From: Bacillota bacterium
Lineage (GTDB): Bacteria > Bacillota > DULZ01
Assembly (NCBI GenBank): GCA_041655595.1
Contig: JBBAFB010000003.1
Span: forward strand, 1 to 49,727
DNA length: 49,727 nucleotides
Direction: 5' to 3'
The position numbers and the translations under genes were made by a program. The stretch's first letter is position 1. Each line of letters begins with the position of its first letter. Shown in pieces: positions 29,623 through 36,392 of the stretch. The notes below the pieces were generated by a model. The model did no database searches and was not told where the DNA came from. It saw nothing but the letters and a program-made list of their open reading frames with translations.

Positions 29623-30261
29623 CTATAGCCCACCAGATATGCCTTGCTTACGAACTAAGTAAAAATGAACGATTAAAAGCCCAATAGTGGACACAGGTAA
29701 GACGCAGATATGCAAGATATAAAAACGCATAAGGGTATACCCTGTAACCTTGCTACCGCCTTGTACAATCGTTAATAGCTTTGACCCGATTAACGGGACT
29801 GTGCCCATGATTTTAGCTCCTATTACCGCCGCCCAATAACCGACCTGGTCCCAAGGCAGTAGGTACCCTGTAAAAGAAAATACAAAAACTAATACAAGTA
29901 ATAAGGATCCAGCCACCCAATTAAATTCCCTGGGATGTTTATAGGCACCGGTGTAGATAACTCGCAACATGTGTAGCACCACCATAATTACCATTAAATT
30001 TGCCGAAATATTATGGATGGAGCGAATTGCTGCTCCCATGGTCACCTCATTTTCTAAAAACAAAATACTTTGATAAGCCAACTCAGGTGTAGGTTTATAA
30101 TACAAAGCTAAAATAGCCCCAGTGATTCCCTGTATGAGAAACAGTAAAAATGTAATTCCTCCAAAACAATACATGAAATTCCGTACCTCTTTTGCCACCG
30201 GCTTAGAGGACATATCATGCCAAATACCCTTTAGGGTAATTTCTTTCTCCTCTACCGCCAC
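29623..30261 (-). CDS. cytochrome b6-type subunit (N-terminal four-helix di-haem half)
   Basis: Start moved to the GTG at 30259-30261, directly after the Rieske stop with GGAGGTGG upstream. 4 TM helices with conserved His pairs (SIHNISANLMV..LHMLR; FYILHICVLP). Confidence 0.85.
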   Translation of the reverse strand: MAVEEKEITLKGIWHDMSSKPVAKEVRNFMYCFGGITFLLFLIQGITGAILALYYKPTPELAYQSILFLENEVTMGAAIRSIHNISANLMVIMVVLHMLRVIYTGAYKHPREFNWVAGSLLLVLVFVFSFTGYLLPWDQVGYWAAVIGAKIMGTVPLIGSKLLTIVQGGSKVTGYTLMRFYILHICVLPVSTIGLLIVHFYLVRKQGISGGL

Positions 30262-30263
30262 CC

Positions 30264-30725
30264 TTACACCACCTCCTTTTGTACCAAAATAACCCCTTCT
30301 TCCACCCAAGCTGTTAACTCTGCTAAAGGTTTCGGTGGAGGGCCATGCAATACATTACCATCCTCGTCAAAAATACCACCATGACAGGGACATTCAAACT
30401 GACGTTTTTTATCGTCCCAGGCTACGATACATCCTAAGTGAGTACATACCCTTGAAAAGGCCCTATATTTGCCATCCTTTTTAAATAGAATAGCCGGAAA
30501 GCCATCATATACAAAATCAAAGGGCTTGCTTGAAATATTATCTTCTTTAGCAACTGCCATTCTAGGTGGTTGGGGCTTAAGAGCCCTGGGAGCATCTATG
30601 GCACCTCCTAATGCGGCCAAGGGAACTACAGCCGCGACAACTGCGGGTGCTGTTGCCACTAAACCCAAAAACTTTCTTCTTGTAACTTCATCATGATCGT
30701 ATTTTTCACTGCACATTTCCTTCAC
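30264..30725 (-). CDS. Rieske [2Fe-2S] protein with Tat signal
   Basis: 153 aa. TRRKFLG twin-arginine motif. Rieske boxes CTHLGC and CPCHGG. Exact start is ambiguous (GTG at 30725 or ATG at 30716). Confidence 0.9.
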   Translation of the reverse strand: MKEMCSEKYDHDEVTRRKFLGLVATAPAVVAAVVPLAALGGAIDAPRALKPQPPRMAVAKEDNISSKPFDFVYDGFPAILFKKDGKYRAFSRVCTHLGCIVAWDDKKRQFECPCHGGIFDEDGNVLHGPPPKPLAELTAWVEEGVILVQKEVV

Positions 30726-30930
30726 ATTCCTCCCTTAAGTAGACTGTTCGGAACGCATTAATAGCCAAAGCAGCCGCTAAACATATCAAACCGGCAAATA
30801 TGCTAACCCAACGGCTATTACCTGCGGCCCAGCTCCTGGCAATCATGAAAACTAAGGTAATTGAAGCCCATGTTCCAAGGCCCGCAATAATTATTGCTTC
30901 TTTGTAACCTGCCTTACTCCAAAAATTCAT
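30706..30930 (-). CDS. small two-TM membrane protein of unknown function
   Basis: Start set to the ATG at 30928-30930 (GGGAG 8 nt upstream). 74 aa, two hydrophobic helices. Embedded in the nos operon. Confidence 0.4.
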   Translation of the reverse strand: MNFWSKAGYKEAIIIAGLGTWASITLVFMIARSWAAGNSRWVSIFAGLICLAAALAINAFRTVYLREECEGNVQ

Positions 30931-30950
30931 TCTTTTCACTCCCTTTCAGC

Positions 30951-31265
30951 TTATCTTGGATAGGCGGTTTCTAGGTATTCAATAATTTGTTCTGTTTCGC
31001 TATCCGTGAAAAACCCACCAAAGTCAACCATTAATTCCACAATTTCTGGCCAAGTAGCGGACCCTTGGTAATTTTGAACCCGATCAACCTCATGACAGTT
31101 TGTACAAGTCGACTGAAATGTTAAATAATTAGCATCTCCTGTTGCTTTGGAATCAGGAGGTAAAGGAATTGCATAGGCCGAAACAAAGATAAAGCCTATT
31201 ACCAAGCCAACAATTAACATTTTGCTGGTTAGGGTCCAAGTCAAAACCTTTTTAGCTGTTTGCAT
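30951..31265 (-). CDS. membrane-anchored monohaem c-type cytochrome (first gene of the nos operon)
   Basis: 104 aa. N-terminal TM helix and CTNCH haem motif. SD AAGGGGGTGA 9 nt upstream. Confidence 0.75.
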   Translation of the reverse strand: MQTAKKVLTWTLTSKMLIVGLVIGFIFVSAYAIPLPPDSKATGDANYLTFQSTCTNCHEVDRVQNYQGSATWPEIVELMVDFGGFFTDSETEQIIEYLETAYPR

Positions 31266-31383
31266 TCTTTATTCTCACCCCCTTTCATTGCACTTCTCAA
31301 TTGTGATTTCTTTTTCAATCCCCCCTTGATATAACAAGGTTTCCAGATACCACTTTTAAAGGGAAACCTTTCACTAATTCTTT

Positions 31384-31400
31384 ATGCAACTTTCGTGCCA
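31384..31400 (-). promoter_or_regulatory. sigma-54 (-24/-12) promoter of the nos operon
   Basis: Minus strand reads TTGGCACGAAAGTTGCAT, which matches the consensus TGGCAC-N5-TTGCW at every fixed position. It lies ~120 nt upstream of the first cytochrome c start. Confidence 0.75.
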
Positions 31401-31443
31401 AGGTTTAGTGAGTGTGCAAAGGCAATATTAACTATTAATTAAC

Positions 31444-31470
31444 AAAAATGTGGGGAGTATATGCCCCACA
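31444..31470 (-). terminator. probable terminator of the upstream ABC/DUF4418 operon
   Basis: Minus strand reads TGTGGGG-CATATACT-CCCCACA followed by TTTTTGTT. It sits ~45 nt upstream of the nos sigma-54 promoter. It could alternatively be an activator-binding palindrome. Confidence 0.5.
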
Positions 31471-31620
31471 CCAACCCATGTGTGCCCCAACTTTATTCCA
31501 CGGGGACAGCTTTTTGCCCATTTGAATATTTCCACAAACCTTTTTCCCAAAGAAAAATTGCACCCCGCCAATGTTTCAACGGGATGCATATTCAAAGAGA
31601 GGGTGGTTTTTGAAATATTT

Positions 31621-32040
31621 TTATATTGTTATTTCATCCTTAATAGTTTGCAAATACACACCCAACAGGACAATAATCCCCCCTAAAACATAGAACACCT
31701 TTGCGGTAGTATGACATTCCATGGGCATCATGCAAACTCCAATACCTAAATTAGTCGGCAATATTATTACTATTAATCCCAGGGTTGCCATTATTATCCC
31801 AAGACGCTTTTGGACTAATAATTCTTTGCTCAAAAATATCAACAAACCGGTAACTAGTATAACTAGTCCCAGCAAAACCCCCGCCTGCCCCGTATAATGA
31901 CATTTCATATGGACCATTTTACCCGTGGTCAATTCCAAAAGTTTTGCACATACCGGAGCTAATTGAAAAGGTGTTAGGACCACGACTGCTCCAATAATTG
32001 TGCCAACAAGACCGACCGCTTTGCTTCTTTTGTTATACAC
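31621..32040 (-). CDS. DUF4418-like four-TM membrane protein with Cys/His/Met motifs
   Basis: 139 aa. GTG start with AGGAGG 7 nt upstream. Motifs HMKCH and CMMPMECH face the same side between TM helices. Confidence 0.6.
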   Translation of the reverse strand: MYNKRSKAVGLVGTIIGAVVVLTPFQLAPVCAKLLELTTGKMVHMKCHYTGQAGVLLGLVILVTGLLIFLSKELLVQKRLGIIMATLGLIVIILPTNLGIGVCMMPMECHTTAKVFYVLGGIIVLLGVYLQTIKDEITI

Positions 32041-32107
32041 TTTAAAACCTCCTTTTAACTAGTTCTATTGTTAAGCTTTTTATATTGGGTTTAAGGTATT
32101 ATTGGGT

Positions 32108-32830
32108 TTATCTCGACAGATTTACAAACTGGCTTGCCACCTCTTTAAAAAAAGTCCTATTGAGGCAGCCCTGCTTTAAGGAGTAGACGTGCTCAGCATT
32201 TTTTGCAAGCACCACATCGTGGGTGGCAACAACAACTATTTTCCCTGTTCTTCCCTGTCCCATTAACCAATCACCTAAGTGCTGCCGTAAACTCTCATCC
32301 TGTTCCGCCGTTGGTTCATCTGCTAAAATTAAGTCCGGCTCATTTGCCAAGGCTCTAGCCAAAGCAACTCTACGCCTTTGGCCACCGCTTAATTGGTGAG
32401 GTAAAAATTGTGTTCTGTCCGCTAAATCTAGATCCTTTAAAAGAGTGTCTACCCTTTGGTTGGCTTGCATTTCATTCATTTTTTTTCTTCCTTTAATCCA
32501 AAGTGGCAATAAAATATTTTCCTTTACAGTTAGGGTAGGAATTAAATAACATCGCTGAAAAACGAAACCAATTTTGTATGAACGTAAGTAGGTCTTTTCT
32601 TTCTCATCCATCATGCAGATTGAGCGCCCATCAAAAATCACCTCTCCTTGGCTGGGTTTTAGCAAAAGGCCCAAAATATGCAGCAAAGTGCTTTTACCAC
32701 TCCCCGAGGGACCTAACAAGCTAACTGTATCACCGGATTTTAAATTCAAATTAACTCCCCTGATTGGCTGCACCTGACCACCTAAGCCATCCTGGTAGAC
32801 ATGAGAAACGTCTTTTAATTCAATTTCCAT
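32108..32830 (-). CDS. ABC transporter ATP-binding protein
   Basis: 240 aa. Walker A GPSGSGKST, signature LSGGQRRR, Walker B ILADEPT. Confidence 0.9.
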   Translation of the reverse strand: MEIELKDVSHVYQDGLGGQVQPIRGVNLNLKSGDTVSLLGPSGSGKSTLLHILGLLLKPSQGEVIFDGRSICMMDEKEKTYLRSYKIGFVFQRCYLIPTLTVKENILLPLWIKGRKKMNEMQANQRVDTLLKDLDLADRTQFLPHQLSGGQRRRVALARALANEPDLILADEPTAEQDESLRQHLGDWLMGQGRTGKIVVVATHDVVLAKNAEHVYSLKQGCLNRTFFKEVASQFVNLSR

Positions 32831-32843
32831 CTTTTCACCACCC

Positions 32844-34046
32844 TTATTTTAACTCTCCTTCGGTAAGAACAACTACAGGATCAAGTTTGGCTGAGGTTCT
32901 TGCAGGCCCCAAAGCGGCCAAAGTACTAATGAAGATAACCAATAAGACTGCAAAAAATAAAATACCCAGTAGCTGTAAACCTAGTGGTAGTAAGAAAGGA
33001 AATGAACTGTGTTTTTCTATAAAATTTTTCAAAAACCAAATAAAACCAAAGCCCAAGAAAACTCCTATGCCTCCTGCAACAAAGGCAGTGGTAAAGGTTT
33101 CCGCCATAATTAAATTAAATAGACCCTTTTGCCCCATTCCCAGAGCCCTTAAAAGCCCTAACTCTTCCTGCCTTTCCATTACTAAAGACGAATAACGAGA
33201 TAACAATGAGGCTAAGGTCAATCCAATTATTAAAGCTGCCAATAACCAAGTTAAAACTTGAAATACCTTTAACTGTTCTTTTAAATCTAAAAATATTTTG
33301 GCCGATGCCATAGCCTTTACCCCAGGTATGCGCCCAATTTGTCTTGCTAGAATTGCGGGATCATAATTGCTTTCTACTTGTATTAAAACTGCTGAAACCA
33401 ACTCCAAAGGGTCACCTTGCTCCTCCCATATCTCAACCAAAAAAGGACTCCCTGATGCTAAACTTCTTGCGGTTTCGATGGGTACGAAAATAGTTTTATC
33501 AACGCTACCCCCCAAAGGTTTTAAATAATCTACTACCTGAAAGGCCTCTCCCAAAATTAATACCCTGTCTCCGAGAAAGGCCGGAACTCCGCCACCTACA
33601 ACTACTTCTTTTTCTTTTAACTCTCTTCCTAAACCTATAGATAAAAGGCGATTTACCAGAAAATCATTTTCCGGATCGTAACCGACTAAACGGTATTCCT
33701 CTGGTAGGCTACAACAACTTTGATTTAAAGTTTGACTAAAAAACTGAGCTGTGGCTGCCTTTACACCCGGTATTAGAGCTATTTCCTCTACTATTTCTTT
33801 TTTCATATAAATATTTGCGGGAGAACCAGTAAATAGCACCTGCCCTGCCTCAAACTCCGCGGAAGAAGGCAGTGCTAGTATATCGGCACCTAAGTTATCG
33901 GCCGTTCCTTTTGCACCCCTTTCCAACCCCCAAACGGTTAAAAAACAAGTTACCAGGGCAGCAGTGCAAAAGCAAACCACAAAAACAGTTAAACCTGTTT
34001 GCCATGGACGGCGCCGCAAATTTCTACTGATTAAACGCCAATACAT
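32844..34046 (-). CDS. FtsX/MacB-type ABC transporter permease
   Basis: Start moved to the ATG at 34044-34046 (GGGGGGTGG upstream). TM1, a large extracytoplasmic domain, then 3 C-terminal TM helices. Confidence 0.8.
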   Translation of the reverse strand: MYWRLISRNLRRRPWQTGLTVFVVCFCTAALVTCFLTVWGLERGAKGTADNLGADILALPSSAEFEAGQVLFTGSPANIYMKKEIVEEIALIPGVKAATAQFFSQTLNQSCCSLPEEYRLVGYDPENDFLVNRLLSIGLGRELKEKEVVVGGGVPAFLGDRVLILGEAFQVVDYLKPLGGSVDKTIFVPIETARSLASGSPFLVEIWEEQGDPLELVSAVLIQVESNYDPAILARQIGRIPGVKAMASAKIFLDLKEQLKVFQVLTWLLAALIIGLTLASLLSRYSSLVMERQEELGLLRALGMGQKGLFNLIMAETFTTAFVAGGIGVFLGFGFIWFLKNFIEKHSSFPFLLPLGLQLLGILFFAVLLVIFISTLAALGPARTSAKLDPVVVLTEGELK

Positions 34047-34088
34047 TTTTCCACCCCCCACAATTTGCGTTTACAGTAATATTAATTT

Positions 34089-34104
34089 AGCAAAAAACAT
34101 GCCA
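34089..34104 (-). promoter_or_regulatory. sigma-54 promoter of the FtsX-ABC/DUF4418 operon
   Basis: Minus strand reads TGGCATGTTTTTTGCT (GG-N10-GC spacing correct), ~45 nt upstream of the permease start. Confidence 0.65.
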
Positions 34105-34344
34105 AGATATTTGTTGCGGAATTATGCACTTACAAGTGAAACAATTATCTTATTCGCCTTTTATGCTATTTTGAGCGAGACATGTCTGACCCTACTGTCC
34201 CCTCCCTGCCCCTAATTTCTGTAACACAAAATACTTACAAGGTGGCAAGCCTTGCCCCCAAACGCTTGATTTATGGTCCTTGCCATAAACAATTAACTGG
34301 GTTTTTTCGCCTTAAATATCAGCATTTGATTACCTTTGAAAAGT

Positions 34345-34360
34345 TGGAATGTTTTTTGCT
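34345..34360 (+). promoter_or_regulatory. sigma-54 promoter of the lipoprotein gene
   Basis: Plus strand reads TGGAATGTTTTTTGCT, identical to the divergent promoter at 15 of 16 positions. It lies ~52 nt upstream of the ATG at 34412. Confidence 0.6.
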
Positions 34361-34411
34361 AGTTTTTAAATTTAGATAATCAATAACAACTTGAAAGGGG
34401 TTCATATTTAA

Positions 34412-34972
34412 ATGCAACAAAGAAAAATTAATAAAATTCTATCAGTTCTATTGTCTATTCTTATTTTAGGCTCCATCACCAGTTGCGGACAAAACACACT
34501 CCCGGGAACAAATGAAATAAAAGATGCCGATCAGACTGTCCACAACCATCAGAGTTTTAGCACTGTCTACGAGCTGGATCAAATAATAGAGTTACACCCT
34601 ATTAAAGTGAGACTGGTAAATACCGGAATAATTTCTAACCCTTTATATGAAAAAGGAAGTGATGATCAGAAGGGACATTTGGCATTAGGTCTGGAAGTAG
34701 GAAATGTATCAAGCGATCTGGCATGGTTTTTTTCCGAACAATCCGAGATAATTCTGAATTCGGGTGAAATCTTAGAAACGGATGTAAACACATCCTCTGA
34801 TTTGGGAGGAAGTTTTCCACCCCACAGATTGAAAAAAGGGTTTTTAGTTTTTCCTTTTAAAGATACGGAGCCAAATACAATCAAAGAATATGTTTTAAAA
34901 ATCAAAGCCCCCTTAAATAGCAAACAAATTTCCATTGGGGAGGATTTAGAATTAAAAATTAACCTAAAATAA
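34412..34972 (+). CDS. secreted lipoprotein, DUF4352-like beta-sandwich
   Basis: 186 aa. Lipobox GSITSCG. Family call is tentative. Confidence 0.55.
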   Translation: MQQRKINKILSVLLSILILGSITSCGQNTLPGTNEIKDADQTVHNHQSFSTVYELDQIIELHPIKVRLVNTGIISNPLYEKGSDDQKGHLALGLEVGNVSSDLAWFFSEQSEIILNSGEILETDVNTSSDLGGSFPPHRLKKGFLVFPFKDTEPNTIKEYVLKIKAPLNSKQISIGEDLELKINLK

Positions 34973-34994
34973 AAAAAGCCTTAAGGCTTTTTTT
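34971..34994. terminator. bidirectional terminator between convergent genes
   Basis: AAAAAAAGCC-TTAA-GGCTTTTTTT, a palindromic hairpin with A/T runs on both sides. Confidence 0.75.
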
Positions 34995-35009
34995 GTTTTT
35001 CTTAAGCAG

Positions 35010-36386
35010 CTAAATTAAGTTATATTTATTTAATAAACGGTGAATCGTTTTTCTGTCAATCTCTGCAGTTATAGCTGCCTGGGTTACATTTCCATCATGC
35101 TTTTCCAATAAATTTTCTATATATTTTATTTCAAAATCTTTTACCCAGTTTTGTTTTGCCACATGAAAAGGCAGATCGAAAAGCATTTGATTTGATCTAT
35201 CTTCATTATTTTTAAGAAGGTTTGGGGGTAAATCTTCAGGCAATATTGTTTCCCCTTCACAAAGTGAGATAGCTCTTTCTATCACATTTTTTAACTCCCT
35301 AACATTACCCGGCCAGTTATAACTTTGTAAAATCTCCATCGTTTCAGCTGAAACCCCGCTAATTTTCTTTTGTGCCGTCTCTGCAAATTTGCGACTAAAA
35401 AAATACACTAGTAGAGGGATATCCTGCTGCCTTTCTCTTAACGGTGGTAGTTTCAAATTAATTACATTAATTCTATAGTATAAATCGTCTCTAAATTCTT
35501 TGTGTTGAATTGCCTCTTCTAAATCGCGATTTGTTGCGGAAACTAGGCGGAAATCTACTTTAATCAACTGATTTCCCCCCACTCTTCTAAATGAGCGTTC
35601 TTCTAAAGCTCTTAACAACTTTGCCTGTAAAATCGGACTCATTTCACCTATTTCATCTAGGAAAAGAGTACCCTTATCTGCCAGTTCCATTAAACCCTTT
35701 TTAGTCATGTGGGCCCCGGTAAAGGCACCTTTTTCGTGACCAAAAAGTTCACTTTCCAGTAAATTATCCGGCAAAGAAGCGCAGTCAACTGGTATAAAAG
35801 GTCCTAGGCTCCGATTGCTGTTTTTGTGGACACTTCTGGCGATCAGTTCTTTCCCTGTACCACTTTCCCCTTTGATCAGTACTGCTGCTTCACTGCCACC
35901 TAATTTACCGATGGTTCTAAAAATTTCTTGAAGCCCACCGTTAGCGCCAATAATATTTTCTGTGTGGAGGGGCTCTTGGATTTGCATTCTTAATAATCGG
36001 TTTTCTTCCCTTAATGCTTTTTCCCGCAAGGCTTTTTCAATCACAATCTGCAATTCATCAACGGAAAAAGGTTTAGCGAGATAATCCCGTGCTCCACCTT
36101 TCATAGCCCTGACCGCAGTATCTATGCTGGCATAACCCGTAATAACAATTACACATGTGTCGGGAAAAAGCTCCTTCGCAACTTTTAAAACTTGAAATCC
36201 ATCTACCTCCGGCATTTTTAAATCAGTAATAATCAAATCCGGTTGTATTTTTTCCATTTCGGCTACCGCTTTCGCACCCTCATTAAAGTTTACCGGTTTA
36301 TAGCCCATTTTTTTAACAACACGCGAGCAAGTTTCAAGCATATCAAGTTCATCATCAACAAGCATTACAACCCTTGGTTCTTCCAT
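35010..36386 (-). CDS. sigma-54-dependent NtrC-family response regulator (REC + AAA+ + Fis-type HTH)
   Basis: 458 aa. Receiver (DDE...IITDLKMP), Walker A GESGTGKE, sigma-54 contact loop GAFTGA, C-terminal HTH (GNVTQAAITAEIDRKTIHRLL). Confidence 0.9.
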   Translation of the reverse strand: MEEPRVVMLVDDELDMLETCSRVVKKMGYKPVNFNEGAKAVAEMEKIQPDLIITDLKMPEVDGFQVLKVAKELFPDTCVIVITGYASIDTAVRAMKGGARDYLAKPFSVDELQIVIEKALREKALREENRLLRMQIQEPLHTENIIGANGGLQEIFRTIGKLGGSEAAVLIKGESGTGKELIARSVHKNSNRSLGPFIPVDCASLPDNLLESELFGHEKGAFTGAHMTKKGLMELADKGTLFLDEIGEMSPILQAKLLRALEERSFRRVGGNQLIKVDFRLVSATNRDLEEAIQHKEFRDDLYYRINVINLKLPPLRERQQDIPLLVYFFSRKFAETAQKKISGVSAETMEILQSYNWPGNVRELKNVIERAISLCEGETILPEDLPPNLLKNNEDRSNQMLFDLPFHVAKQNWVKDFEIKYIENLLEKHDGNVTQAAITAEIDRKTIHRLLNKYNLI

Positions 36387-36392
36387 CTATTA

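Noticed and set aside
31449-31470. Palindrome TGTGGGG-N8-CCCCACA considered as the enhancer-binding-protein site for the nos promoter.
   Set aside because: On the transcribed strand it is followed by a T5 run and lies downstream of the DUF4418 gene. A terminator is the more economical reading. A dual role cannot be excluded (see the G4/C4-block motif finding).
31450-31686. 78-aa plus-strand ORF in the region upstream of the nos operon.
   Set aside because: It has a non-ATG start without an SD, overlaps the 3' end of the DUF4418 gene, and the protein has no recognisable features. The region is better explained as terminator, upstream activating region and sigma-54 promoter.
33964-34379. Two plus-strand ORFs (83 aa and 65 aa) spanning the divergent sigma-54 promoter spacer.
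   Set aside because: There is no SD. They overlap the permease start and both promoters. The sequences are proline/leucine-rich translations of regulatory DNA.
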